Below, piece by piece: positions 9,788 through 19,314 of a stretch of DNA of 64,000 nt (position 1 is its first letter; the number at the start of each line of letters is the position of its first letter). The notes under the pieces are model-generated. The model was not told the origin of the DNA. It worked only from the letters and a program-made list of their open reading frames with translations, and did not search any database. A program made the position numbers and the translations under genes. Origin of the DNA: Rhodoferax sp. (GTDB lineage: Bacteria > Pseudomonadota > Gammaproteobacteria > Burkholderiales > Burkholderiaceae_C); assembly GCF_031291305.1 (NCBI RefSeq), contig NZ_JARLJH010000021.1. One strand, written 5' to 3'.

Positions 9788-9823
9788 CCTGAGTCTGCTC
9801 AGGCGTTGCGGTCGTTACCCGCC
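9788..9823 (+). ncRNA. Structured non-coding motif, copy 2
   Basis: Hairpin CCTGAG-tctg-CTCAGG then GGCGTTGCGGTCGTTACCCGCC (9802-9823, 19/22 to copy 1) with A:T to G:C compensatory change. Confidence 0.55.
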
Positions 9824-10020
9824 TTGCCTGTTGGCGCTGCACCCTGCGGCTGTCTTTCGTACCCGGATTCTTACCCCACTTGAGTCATCCGCTTGCCCTC
9901 GTCTGACGGCAAGCCATTTCATTCTTTTCATAGCCCATTGAGCCCGCCAGCTTCTCCCGAAGCCCGGCACGCTCACGTTCACACGCAGGGGACATTCCTG
10001 ACCCTCGCATTCATTCCCAC

Positions 10021-10079
10021 CCGGGGAGCACGTCTCCCCAGTGGGGACCGTGTTCCCCATATTTTTGGAGAACACACCC
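10021..10079 (+). repeat. G/C hairpin leader repeat upstream of RBS
   Basis: CGTCTCCCCAGTGGGGA (10031-10047) identical to 17360-17376; followed by GTGTTCCC and TGGAGAA..ACACC ATG in both. Confidence 0.65.
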
Positions 10080-13000
10080 ATGGCACGCTATACCGCGCCT
10101 TCCCTATGGCTACCCGGGTTCAATCCGGAGCCCTCCGAGCCCGCAACTCTTGTCATCGAGACCGAAGCGCCTGCACCAGATCTGACATCCACCACGGAAG
10201 AAAGTCCTGCCGGAGAATTTGCTGTACCGACGCGTCCATGTGCCAACTGGCGTGTGGTCAGCGGCACCACAGAAACGGCACCCCGAAACCTGTGGCCACA
10301 GTTGATCCGCGCCGACTTGCACACGCTGGGCGGCAGCGTCACCAAATTCGAGGCCAATCTGGCCGCGATCAGGGTACTGCGCCAGATCGAGGCCGAGCAA
10401 CGCCCGGCTACGCCGAACGAACGCAGCACGCTGCTGCGCTACACCGGCTGGGGCGGCTTGCCCGCCAGCTTCAACCTCGAAGGCGAAGACGCGGCCTGGG
10501 CCATGCGTGCCAGGCAACTGAGTGCACTGCTGACCCCGGCTGAGTACGAATTCGCCCGTGCATCGGTGAACAACAGCCACTACACCGAGGTTCACGTGAT
10601 TGAGGCGATCTGGCAGGCCGTGCAGCGCTTTGGTTTCAGTGGCGGGCGAATTTTGGAGCCCGCTGCGGGTATTGGCCACTTCCTTGGTGCCATGCCACCG
10701 GCCATTGCTCAATGCAGCAACGTCACCGCGGTCGAGATCGACCAGCTGTCCGGGCGCATGCTGCACACGCTGTATACACCGGGTGGCGTCGATGTGCGGA
10801 TTTCCCCCTTCGAGAAAACCGCCCTGGCCGACAACTGGTTCGATCTGGTGATCGGCAACGTGCCGTTCGGCAAATACCAGGTTGCCGACGTGAGCAACCG
10901 GGCCTACGCCCGATTCAGCATCCACAACTACTTCTTTGGCCGTGCACTGGATCTGGTACGGCCCGGCGGACTGGTGTGCCTGATCACCACCAGTTACACA
11001 CTGGATGCCCAGGATGACAGCGTGCGCCACTACCTCGGCGCACAAGCTCAGTTGCTGGGCGCGATCCGGCTCCCACGAGGTGCCTTCGCAGGCATTGCGT
11101 CCACCGACGTGCAGACCGACATCCTGTTCTTGCGCAAGCGACAGCGGGCGGAGAAGGTCGATGACAGCTGGCTGAACCTCAAGCTGGTGCCAGAGACACT
11201 GCGCGACCCGCAGTGTTATCAGAGACACCTGCAGATCAATGCCTGGTATACCCAACACCCGGAATTCTGCATTGGCCGGATTCAGCAAGAGAGTAACGGC
11301 TATGAGGAAGTGCCGGTGGCAGTGTTCGACGGTGACCTGGAGGCCGTGTTACCCGAACGGGTTGCCCTGCTCCCGTCCGATGTCTACCAGCCATTGGTGA
11401 GAAAGCCAGTGGCATTGCGGGTCGTTGTCCCCGCCGAATCCGGCGCCCGCCCCGGCAGCTACCGCCTCCACCAAGGGCGGGTGCATCGGGTCGAAGGCAG
11501 CGAGATGACGGATGTGCATGAGCAGCTCAACGCCACACAGCGAGGCCGGATCACCGGCCTATGTGCGATTCGCGATTACGCCCGTGCCCTGCTGGATGCC
11601 CAGTTGTCAGGTAGCAACGATGGACGGCTGGGTCACTTGCGGGCGCTGCTCAACGGCACCTATGACCGCTTCATTGCCAAATACGGTTGCCTGAGCACCC
11701 GGGCCAATGCGCTGGCGTTCCGGCGCGACCCGGATTACCCGCTGTTGCTGTCGCTGGAGCACTACGACGAAGAGTCGGACAGCGCCAGGAAGGCGGCGCT
11801 GTTCACGCGGCGCACGCTGACACGGGTAGTGGAGCCGACCACGGCGGGAGAACCAACCGAAGCACTGGCAGCGTCCATCCAGTGGCGCGGACGTGTCGAT
11901 CCAGCTTACATGGCCGGGCTGCTCACCGCGCCCGAAGACGCGGTGTTGCAAGCGCTGACCGAGGTTGGGCAGATCTTTCTCGATCCGGCAGATTCTGAGT
12001 GGAAAGCTGCGGACGACTACCTGTCGGGCAACGTGAAAGCGAAGCTCAAGCAAGCCGTGATGTCAGGTAGCGCCTACCGGCGCAACATCGATGCGCTGGA
12101 GCAGGTGCAACCCGAAGACCTACCCCCCACGTCCATCGAGCCGCGCCTGGGTGCGGTATGGATTCCAGCCATGGAGGTCGAAGGCTTCGTGCAGGATGTG
12201 CTGGAGCTCCAGGACTGCCAGGTCAGCTATTCGGCCGAGGCCGGTGCCTGGTCGGTGCGTTATGACGACTGGAAAGCGCGCCAGAACGTGAAGGTGACGC
12301 AGGAGTTTGGCACCTCGCGCATGAACGCGATGGAGCTGGTGCAATGCGCGCTGAACGTGCAGGTGCCCACGGTGCGCGACCCGGACCCCGAGACCGACAA
12401 GTACGTCGTCAATCCAGGCGAGACGCTGGCCGCACGCGAGAAGCTGGGCTTGATCAAGGAGCGGTTCGCAAGTTGGGCCTTCGACGACACGGCACGGCGA
12501 GAGAAGCTGTGCCGCATCTACAACGACCTGTTCAACGCCACCCGGCCACGGCAGTTCGATGGTTCACACCTGAAGCTGCCGGGATTCTCACGCTGTTTCA
12601 CGCTGCACCCGCACCAGCTGGATTCCGTCTGGCGCGTCGTGCAGTCGGGCAATACCGGCCTGTTCCATGTCGTCGGTGCGGGCAAGACGGCCGTTTGCGT
12701 GATCGCCAGCATGGAGTTGCGTCGGCTGGGTTTCGTCACCAAGCCTTGCCACGTGGTACCGAACCATATGCTGGCGCAGTACACGTCAGAGTTCGTTCGG
12801 CTCTACCCAAATGCGTCGGTGCTGATGGCCAGCAAGGAAGACCTGGAAGGCGACCGTCGGCGCGAGCTGGTGTCGCGCATCGCCACGGGCGACTGGGACG
12901 CGGTGGTCATCACGCACTCAAGCTTCGAGCGCATCAAGATGTCACCGCAATTCACGGAGGGCTTTATCAAGGAGATCATTCATGAGCTGGAAATGGCGGT

Positions 13001-15068
13001 ACGCGCCGAAAAGAGCAATGACCGGTCCAACCGGATCGTCAAGCAGCTGGAGGCGATGAAGAAGAACTGGGCGGCCAGGCTGGAACGGCTGCTGGCGGAT
13101 CAGAAGAAAGATGCGCTGCTCACCTGGGAACTGCTGGGCATCGACTGCCTTTTCGTCGATGAGGCGCATCTGCACAAGAACCTGTACCGGTTCACCAAGA
13201 TGACGCGCGTCGCGGGGCTGCCCCTGAGCAGCTCGGAACGCGCGTTCGATCTGTTCCTGAAGACGCGCTACACCATGCAGATCCATGGCCATGCGCAGCG
13301 GGGGGTGATATTTGCAACGGCGACACCGGTGGCCAACACCATGGCGGAAATCCACACCATGATGCGCTACCTGCAGCCGAACCGGTTGGAGGAACTCGGG
13401 CTGCAGCAGTTCGATGCCTGGGCCGCCACCTTCGGGGAGAGCGTCACGGCGCTGGAAATTGCGCCAGACGGCAGTGGCTACCGCATGCACACCCGGTTTG
13501 CCCGTTTCATCAACGTGCCCGAGTTGATGGCGGTGTTCGGTGAAGTGGCCGACATCCGCACGGCGGAAATGCTGAACTTGCCGGTACCGCCCCTGCGCGG
13601 TGGCAAGCCACGCATTGTGGCTTGCCCGGCCAGCAAGGCGCTCAAGGCCTTTGTGCAAACACTGGTGCTGCGGGCCGAAGCCATCCGCAATGGCCATGTG
13701 AAGCCGCAGGACGACAACATGCTGGCGATCACCACCGACGGCCGCAAGGCCGCACTGGATTTCCGGCTGGTCGCACCGCTGGCCAAGTTTGACGCCAAGG
13801 GCAAGGTAGCCGCCTGTGTGCGTGAGGTGGTGGACATCTGGCTCAGGACAGCGTCGTTCCGTGGTGCCCAGATGGTGTTTTGTGATCTGTCGTCACCCAA
13901 GGGCGACAAAGGGTTCAGCGTCTATGACGATTTGCGGCAACGGCTGATCGAAGCGGGTCTACCTGATAAGGAAATCGCCTTTGTGCACGGCGCCGACACC
14001 GACGTCCAAAAAGCCACACTGTTCAAGGCGGTGCGTGAGGGACGGATCCGGGTGCTACTCGGCTCGACGGCGAAGATGGGCATTGGCACCAACGTGCAAA
14101 CCAGGCTGTGCGCCCTGCACCACCTCGATGCGCCCTGGCGACCCTGTGACGTCGAGCAAAGAGAGGGGCGCATCCTGCGCCAGGGCAATGAGTGTGAGGA
14201 CGTGGAGATATTCAGGTACGTGACAGAGCAAAGCTTTGATGCCTACCTGTGGCAGACACTGGAAACCAAGGCACGCTTCATCGCTCAGGTGATGAAGGGC
14301 GACAAGGGCATCCGGTTCCTGGAAGATGTGGAACTGGCAACGCTGTCGTATGCCGAGGTCAAAGCCCTGGCGTCCGGCAATCCACTCGTCATCGAAAAAG
14401 CCGGCGTGGACGCGGAAGTGGCCAAGCTGTCAACGCTGTTCTCGATGTGGCGCAACCAGCGCTACGCCAACGAAAGCGAAGTGGGTCGGTTGCCCATGAT
14501 GATCGAGGCGCTGGAGAAGAAGATTGCGCTGTATGCCCAGGACGTGGCGCGGATTGAGCCGCAAACCATGCAGGGTATGGCCCTGGAATTGGCAGATCGC
14601 CCAGTCACCGGGCCGGATGCCATAGGGGAAGTCCTGCGGGGTCTGGTCAAGACTGCGAAAGAAGAAGTGCGTACTGGCACCCGGATGACTGAGCGGGTGG
14701 TTGGTCGCTTTGGAGGGTTTGATCTGGGCATCCTGGCGGCACGCGGAGAAGAGGTGCCCAACCTGTACCTGGCAGGCCACTGCCTGTACAACGCCGAGCC
14801 GTACCAGACTGGCCCGGCCCTTGTGGCTGGCCTGCTGGCAGCGCTGGAATCAGTGGCCAAGCACCACGCCGACGCGCTTGGCCAGTTGGAGGTGCGGCGC
14901 AAGCGGCTGGAAAACATCCGGCTGGAGCTGGCTCGACCGTTCGAGCATGAAAGCCGCTTAGTGAATCTGCTGGCCCGTCAGCGAGAGCTGCTCAAGCAGC
15001 TTGACCTGGACAAGGATGAGGCGGGCAGCACAAAGGTCGACGCCGAAGAGGTACGACAAGTCGCTTGA
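10080..15068 (+). CDS. N6-adenine methyltransferase / SF2 helicase fusion (DarB-like)
   Basis: LEPAAGIG (motif I), GNVPFG (motif IV), HVVGAGKT (Walker A), VDEAH, ATATP, GTNVQ, QREGRILRQGN. Confidence 0.9.
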   Translation: MARYTAPSLWLPGFNPEPSEPATLVIETEAPAPDLTSTTEESPAGEFAVPTRPCANWRVVSGTTETAPRNLWPQLIRADLHTLGGSVTKFEANLAAIRVLRQIEAEQRPATPNERSTLLRYTGWGGLPASFNLEGEDAAWAMRARQLSALLTPAEYEFARASVNNSHYTEVHVIEAIWQAVQRFGFSGGRILEPAAGIGHFLGAMPPAIAQCSNVTAVEIDQLSGRMLHTLYTPGGVDVRISPFEKTALADNWFDLVIGNVPFGKYQVADVSNRAYARFSIHNYFFGRALDLVRPGGLVCLITTSYTLDAQDDSVRHYLGAQAQLLGAIRLPRGAFAGIASTDVQTDILFLRKRQRAEKVDDSWLNLKLVPETLRDPQCYQRHLQINAWYTQHPEFCIGRIQQESNGYEEVPVAVFDGDLEAVLPERVALLPSDVYQPLVRKPVALRVVVPAESGARPGSYRLHQGRVHRVEGSEMTDVHEQLNATQRGRITGLCAIRDYARALLDAQLSGSNDGRLGHLRALLNGTYDRFIAKYGCLSTRANALAFRRDPDYPLLLSLEHYDEESDSARKAALFTRRTLTRVVEPTTAGEPTEALAASIQWRGRVDPAYMAGLLTAPEDAVLQALTEVGQIFLDPADSEWKAADDYLSGNVKAKLKQAVMSGSAYRRNIDALEQVQPEDLPPTSIEPRLGAVWIPAMEVEGFVQDVLELQDCQVSYSAEAGAWSVRYDDWKARQNVKVTQEFGTSRMNAMELVQCALNVQVPTVRDPDPETDKYVVNPGETLAAREKLGLIKERFASWAFDDTARREKLCRIYNDLFNATRPRQFDGSHLKLPGFSRCFTLHPHQLDSVWRVVQSGNTGLFHVVGAGKTAVCVIASMELRRLGFVTKPCHVVPNHMLAQYTSEFVRLYPNASVLMASKEDLEGDRRRELVSRIATGDWDAVVITHSSFERIKMSPQFTEGFIKEIIHELEMAVRAEKSNDRSNRIVKQLEAMKKNWAARLERLLADQKKDALLTWELLGIDCLFVDEAHLHKNLYRFTKMTRVAGLPLSSSERAFDLFLKTRYTMQIHGHAQRGVIFATATPVANTMAEIHTMMRYLQPNRLEELGLQQFDAWAATFGESVTALEIAPDGSGYRMHTRFARFINVPELMAVFGEVADIRTAEMLNLPVPPLRGGKPRIVACPASKALKAFVQTLVLRAEAIRNGHVKPQDDNMLAITTDGRKAALDFRLVAPLAKFDAKGKVAACVREVVDIWLRTASFRGAQMVFCDLSSPKGDKGFSVYDDLRQRLIEAGLPDKEIAFVHGADTDVQKATLFKAVREGRIRVLLGSTAKMGIGTNVQTRLCALHHLDAPWRPCDVEQREGRILRQGNECEDVEIFRYVTEQSFDAYLWQTLETKARFIAQVMKGDKGIRFLEDVELATLSYAEVKALASGNPLVIEKAGVDAEVAKLSTLFSMWRNQRYANESEVGRLPMMIEALEKKIALYAQDVARIEPQTMQGMALELADRPVTGPDAIGEVLRGLVKTAKEEVRTGTRMTERVVGRFGGFDLGILAARGEEVPNLYLAGHCLYNAEPYQTGPALVAGLLAALESVAKHHADALGQLEVRRKRLENIRLELARPFEHESRLVNLLARQRELLKQLDLDKDEAGSTKVDAEEVRQVA

Positions 15069-15075
15069 TTGAGTG

Positions 15076-15112
15076 GACCCCCATGGCTGAAAAGCGATGG
15101 GGGTCTTTTTTT
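15076..15112 (+). terminator. Rho-independent terminator after the helicase gene
   Basis: GACCCCCAT/ATGGGGGTC stem followed by a T7 run. Confidence 0.8.
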
Positions 15113-15120
15113 GTCTTTCT

Positions 15121-15143
15121 TTATCCACAGGTCCTGTGGATAA
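15121..15143. promoter_or_regulatory. Inverted pair of perfect DnaA-box 9-mers
   Basis: TTATCCACA-GGTCC-TGTGGATAA. Confidence 0.5.
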
Positions 15144-15278
15144 ACAGGTTGCTGCAGGGCGCCAGCCCGCATCGGTCAACAACATCCTTGGCGTGCCTGC
15201 AAATTCAGCAAGTCACGCCAGTTCAGCGCACATATCTTGGGCCAACCTGCATCAGGACATCGTCAGTCAGACACCGGC

Positions 15279-15689
15279 TCACCTGGTCGCCGCCTGAAAG
15301 GCGGCCTGCACGGCTCGCACCAGCGAAGGGTGCAGAGTGCCCAGCTTCGGCGTCTGGCCGTGCGGCGCGACGGGCGGTACCGAAAACCACTCGGTCGTGT
15401 ACGGCAGATCGAGTGCTTGTTTCAAATCAAATTTGGTATCGTAGCTGAGGCCTGCCGCGCTATTGGCCACCGGATTGCGGTCCCGCAGGATGGCGAATTC
15501 GCCTCGGTGCAAGGTGGTCGTACGCTGGCTGGTGCCGTAGGCAACACGCACCGCGAACTGAGGTGCATCGTCGTCAAAGACAGCAAGAATCAGCGCTGGC
15601 CGTGGCTTCGGGCGTGGGTTGACGTCATCGGAAAAGTGGCACCACACCATCTCGCCAGCAGTGGGTTCGCCCCAACACTGATGCGTCAT
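15279..15689 (-). CDS. PemK/MazF-fold toxin
   Basis: GEMVWCHF...PKPRPALIL...VAYGTS matches the PemK/MazF N-terminal pattern; overlaps the upstream small gene. Confidence 0.7.
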   Translation of the reverse strand: MTHQCWGEPTAGEMVWCHFSDDVNPRPKPRPALILAVFDDDAPQFAVRVAYGTSQRTTTLHRGEFAILRDRNPVANSAAGLSYDTKFDLKQALDLPYTTEWFSVPPVAPHGQTPKLGTLHPSLVRAVQAAFQAATR

Positions 15690-15973
15690 GCCAACGCCAC
15701 CTCGAACAGGCTGGATCGCACTGAACGCTTCTTGCCCTGTGGAACAAGCTTCTTGATCTGGCGCACTTGGGCCACAGTCAGCGGAGCATCATCGGCCTCA
15801 TACTGCGGCAGCAGTTTGACTGCCATTTCGTGCAAGGCAATATGGATAGCCTGGGTTTCATCAACGCCCAAGCGTTCCGCCACGCGTTTTGCTGTTTCGC
15901 GCGTCACGCCGGTGGTGCTGTCTATAGTGCGGTAGCGGAATGCGATCTGGTCGGCAGAGGTACGCATGCTCAT
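15686..15973 (-). CDS. Putative antitoxin (RHH-like N-terminus, acidic patch)
   Basis: 95 aa, AAGGAG RBS, translationally coupled to the toxin, palindromic operator upstream. Confidence 0.65.
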   Translation of the reverse strand: MSMRTSADQIAFRYRTIDSTTGVTRETAKRVAERLGVDETQAIHIALHEMAVKLLPQYEADDAPLTVAQVRQIKKLVPQGKKRSVRSSLFEVALA

Positions 15974-15996
15974 GATGATATCTCCTTGATTTGGAT

Positions 15997-16018
15997 ATCT
16001 TAAAGATGTCTTTAAGAT
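15997..16018. promoter_or_regulatory. Palindromic operator of the TA operon
   Basis: ATCTTAAAGA-TG-TCTTTAAGAT, perfect 10-bp inverted repeat just upstream of the RBS. Confidence 0.65.
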
Positions 16019-16302
16019 CATTGTTTGTCAAGGTGCATCACTCCGGCCTTTGCGCCATGGCGTTCATTTCACCATGTAGCAAAGTCATAGACCGAGGCTG
16101 AAACGCTGCTTTGACGCTGACCGACCGTTTCCTGGAATTGCCACGTCAAACCATCCCAACCATCAGGCGTTTTCGTGAGCAAGCCATCACAGCGTGCCTG
16201 TCGAAGCTTGAACACTTGAGTCTTCCTATCCGACAATTCAAAGGCTATCCGTGGACATCGCGTCTACACAGCCTTCATCGGGGAATCCGTTCCTCCTGAA
16301 GT

Positions 16303-16398
16303 CCAGCCTGGCTGGCGTCGCAGTCGTTACCTGCCTCTGAAAAATACCGGTCTTCTTGGACTCGGTCAGGCCACGCACTTTGTGTACATGGCCTCGTG
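16303..16398 (+). ncRNA. Structured non-coding motif, copy 3
   Basis: Hairpin CCAGC/GCTGG, core identical to copy 1 (16314-16335), GGCCA..TGGCC stem and TCGTG (16389-16398). Confidence 0.6.
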
Positions 16399-16677
16399 AT
16401 CCGTGCAGCCCCGAGCTGCACACTGTGCTTGTCATTGGGCCCCTTCGGGTTCGATGGCATGGAATGTCGGGCGTGGTGACATCTTTGGTGTCACGGCGAA
16501 CCGACATCGATAGAAGGTCTCCGTTCGCAAGAACCGTAGATCTTCGTTTTCATGGCACACCGACAGGTGTCGCCACCCAGTCGCTCGGCCGTCTTTGGCC
16601 CGAGCATTCCCGAACGGGGGACTCCAAGTTCCCCGCCGGGGATGGGTGTTCCCCTTCTTACCCCGAAGGAGAGCACC

Positions 16678-16845
16678 ATGTTCGCAGCCTCTGTGACGAG
16701 AGAAACGCGCCCTGTTGGCGTGCTGCTGGGAGGGTCCGGGCGTGCCCGGATGCTCACAGTTCGCAAGCCATTGGTGGCCGCACTGTTGAGGCCGTACCCT
16801 TGCGTTTCCGAACGAAACGTATCGGTCCATGCGACGGTGGCCTGA
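16678..16845 (+). CDS. Small hypothetical protein
   Basis: GAAGGAG RBS and hairpin leader; 55 aa. Confidence 0.4.
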   Translation: MFAASVTRETRPVGVLLGGSGRARMLTVRKPLVAALLRPYPCVSERNVSVHATVA

Positions 16846-16847
16846 CC

Positions 16848-17048
16848 ATGCTGGCCAGCATCTACCGCAAGCGCGTGGTGACCATGGCGATTCAACTCGC
16901 CAAGGATGACCCTCAGTTGGTCAAGGAAGTCATCGCCCGGCTGAGGAAGTCTGGCGAGATCGAGCCCGACGATCTGGTCTATCTGGAGCAAATCGCCGAC
17001 CGCTGGATCAGGATTGCCCGGGAGAACCGGCAGAAGGCTCATCGCTGA
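16848..17048 (+). CDS. Small hypothetical protein
   Basis: 66 aa helical ORF starting 2 bp after the upstream stop. Confidence 0.55.
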   Translation: MLASIYRKRVVTMAIQLAKDDPQLVKEVIARLRKSGEIEPDDLVYLEQIADRWIRIARENRQKAHR

Positions 17049-17274
17049 CCACCAGGTCCAGCGATGGAGGCGGTCGCACGCCCTTGGCCTTCGCCATTTC
17101 CAGGGCAATTTTATCCAGCAGATCAGGGCGTTCATCGACCAGCGTCTGAGCCCAACGGCCCAACGCCTGTTCGACGTCGTCCTGTGTTCGCGTCCCGGCG
17201 AAGTCAATTCCGAGTGATCGGTAGTCCTTGACTTCGTTGGGCGTGAACCGTAGCGCCTTGCCTGCACGAATCAT
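17008..17274 (-). CDS. Hypothetical protein
   Basis: 88 aa ORF with protein-like composition; 3' end overlaps the convergent ORF. Confidence 0.55.
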   Translation of the reverse strand: MIRAGKALRFTPNEVKDYRSLGIDFAGTRTQDDVEQALGRWAQTLVDERPDLLDKIALEMAKAKGVRPPPSLDLVVSDEPSAGSPGQS

Positions 17275-17409
17275 GGTGTGGGCCTGTCCTCTTTTCTATC
17301 CTGTGTCGTCACTGAGCTTATCAGCGACATCTGTCTTTGCAAACCCTCGGGGAGTCCACCGTCTCCCCAGTGGGGAAAAGGTGTTCCCTCTTTCATCTGG
17401 AGAAACACC

Positions 17410-17940
17410 ATGTCCCTTGAGAAACATCCTCCTCGCGCGAAGCGCTCCAGCATCGAGCACGAGGAAGAAAGAGCCTGGGTCAGCTTTTACAAGCGGGTTG
17501 GCAATGATCTTGCCCTCGCCACCGAAGTGCTGGCCCAACTGGATGCCGATCCAGACATGAAGCGTGCCCACCTGGCCTTGTACCTGGGTTGCAAGGAATC
17601 CTTGCGCAGGCATAAAGTTCGACAGGCTCGCAACAAACGGATCGGACTGTTCGTCCGTTGGCTTTGCGGCGCACTGTTCGTGCAATGGCCGAGCGCATGG
17701 CGCCGGAGTCTGCGCCAGGTCGGCGACATCGCTGTCGAATGTTTGCCCGATACGACGAAGGACATCGGCAAAGAGCCTGCCATGGCCAAAACCAGGCAAC
17801 TGACTCAGGACCCCACCTTTGCTACGGCGCAGGCGGACTTCCGTCAACAGAGAACCGGCGTGTTGTCGGCAGAACCTGCCGCTGTGGCCCCACAGGCCAG
17901 TGATTCGGCCCCCTCCCCGGCTACCCGTAAGGCAGCCTGA
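17410..17940 (+). CDS. Hypothetical protein
   Basis: TGGAGA RBS and shared hairpin leader; helical N-terminal domain, low-complexity tail. Confidence 0.7.
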   Translation: MSLEKHPPRAKRSSIEHEEERAWVSFYKRVGNDLALATEVLAQLDADPDMKRAHLALYLGCKESLRRHKVRQARNKRIGLFVRWLCGALFVQWPSAWRRSLRQVGDIAVECLPDTTKDIGKEPAMAKTRQLTQDPTFATAQADFRQQRTGVLSAEPAAVAPQASDSAPSPATRKAA

Positions 17941-18028
17941 ATTATCAACCCCAGTGGGGCTGCATGTCAGCCCCTCTCGTCGACTTGCCTTGGGGCATGG
18001 CGGCATCCCTCATAAAAGGAATTCATCC

Positions 18029-18172
18029 ATGACATCCATTGCAGAGACCCTGCGTGCCATCGAGGCACGCGCCGAACGCGCCATCGTCCAGAAATTGCGA
18101 CTGATGACGCAGGATATCCTCACCATGCGCACCGTGCTGGTGCAGGAAGACCGCCGTCACGCTGACTGTTGA
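18029..18172 (+). pseudogene. Short helical ORF apparently cut off at an IS-like end
   Basis: AAAGGA RBS; ends ...HAD then TGT TGA, the first bases of the IS21-like end motif. Confidence 0.35.
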
Positions 18173-18391
18173 CGCCGACGTCAAATTGACCACCCGTGCC
18201 GGTTTGGCGTTGACCAGTCGTTGCGGTCACAGACGCAGGCCTCGAAATGGTTTGAGGCCGTTCCGGGATGGTCAGACTGCCATCGGCACAATTGTGTAAA
18301 TCTGGTCATTCCGATTTCGGCACCAACATTCAGGGCCATTCAACGAAGATTGACGGTAGCCTCTCAGCTGCAACTTGACTAAATCGTACGA

Positions 18392-18410
18392 TTCGATTAA
18401 ATTGATCGAA
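18392..18410. promoter_or_regulatory. Palindromic operator of the Phd-PIN operon
   Basis: TTCGATTAA-A-TTGATCGAA (one mismatch) just upstream of AAGGAG. Confidence 0.55.
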
Positions 18411-18433
18411 ACTGTTCTATAAGGAGAATCGTC

Positions 18434-18685
18434 GTGCAAACTTTTACCGCGAACGAAGCTAAAACGCGATTTGGCGAGTTTCTGGACCGGGCTCAACGTG
18501 AGCCGGTTGGTGTTCTCAAGCACGACCGTATGGTCGGCGTGATGGTTAGCGTTCAGGATTTTGAAGCCATGCGCGCCTTCTACGCCGACCGCTTGCAGCA
18601 CCGACTAGATGCGTCAGCGCAGGCGGCTACGCGTGCTGGAATGACTCCTGAGTTGCTCGATAAGTTGCTGGTCGATGAGAGCTGA
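18434..18685 (+). CDS. Phd/YefM-family antitoxin
   Basis: TFTANEAKTRFGEFLDRAQREPV signature. Confidence 0.9.
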   Translation: MQTFTANEAKTRFGEFLDRAQREPVGVLKHDRMVGVMVSVQDFEAMRAFYADRLQHRLDASAQAATRAGMTPELLDKLLVDES

Positions 18686-19127
18686 TGCTCAGTCCACCAG
18701 AATCGTGGTCGACACCAACGTGTGGCTGAGCGCGGCCCTATCTCCAACAGGCGCTCCGTCACAGGTGCTTCGGCGGGTGCTGGCGCAGGGTGTCCCTGTG
18801 TTTTCAGATGCCACTTTTGCCGAACTAGAAGCACGAATCTGGAAACCTAAATTTGACCGCTACTTGACGATGGAGACGCGCCAGGGAATCTTGCATGATG
18901 CACGGGCCCTGGGGCATTGGGTTGATATTCCTGAAGCCATCGCGACCCAGCGCTTCAGCAGGGACAAAGACGATGACAAGTTCATTCACACCGCAATCGC
19001 CGGCGAAGCAATGTGGCTGGTCACAGGCGACTTGGATTTACTGGTGATTCAGGCTGACTTGCGTGTGCGCATTGTTGCGCCGGCGCAGGCACTGCTGATG
19101 GAAGACTTTCTTTCCGACGAAAACTAG
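18675..19127 (+). CDS. PIN-domain toxin
   Basis: IVVDTNVWLSA, RDKDDDKF, LVTGDLDLL. Confidence 0.9.
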   Translation: MRADAQSTRIVVDTNVWLSAALSPTGAPSQVLRRVLAQGVPVFSDATFAELEARIWKPKFDRYLTMETRQGILHDARALGHWVDIPEAIATQRFSRDKDDDKFIHTAIAGEAMWLVTGDLDLLVIQADLRVRIVAPAQALLMEDFLSDEN

Positions 19128-19292
19128 GGTCAACATTAGTGGTGCAAATGCTCCCGTTTTGAGCGACATTAGGGTCCACCTTTAGTTGCAAACTGGATTT
19201 CGAGTCAACTTTCGCAGGTCAATTCGACAGGGAATTCGGCCAAAGTGATAGTTTTTTGGTCAAGTTGACCCTAAAGCTGGGGTCAACTTTAG
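19126..19292. repeat. Cluster of GGGTCAAC(T)TTAG-like direct and inverted repeats
   Basis: Copies near 19127, 19171, 19202 and 19280; perfect IR AAGTTGACCC-N8-GGGTCAACTT at 19262-19289. Confidence 0.65.
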
Positions 19293-19314
19293 TGTTGTGA
19301 ACGCCTGGACGCAT

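Larger units (their letters stand above)
18167..19229. mobile_element. Possible non-autonomous IS21-like cassette carrying the Phd-PIN module
   Basis: Left TGTTGACGCCGACGTCAAATTGACC; right side has three GGGTCAAC-like repeats ending ...TCGACA; no transposase and no target duplication seen. Confidence 0.3.

Noticed and set aside
10088-14961. Numerous long antisense or alternate-frame ORFs over real genes (e.g. 10110-11288, 36118-37053, 46485-47729, 50228-51442, 54019-55434)
   Set aside because: Shadow ORFs expected in high-GC DNA; no motifs, and the opposite strand encodes well-supported proteins
19126-19292. Short repeats as a degenerate CRISPR array or replication iterons
   Set aside because: Irregular spacing, mixed orientation, no unique spacers of constant length and no adjacent rep gene
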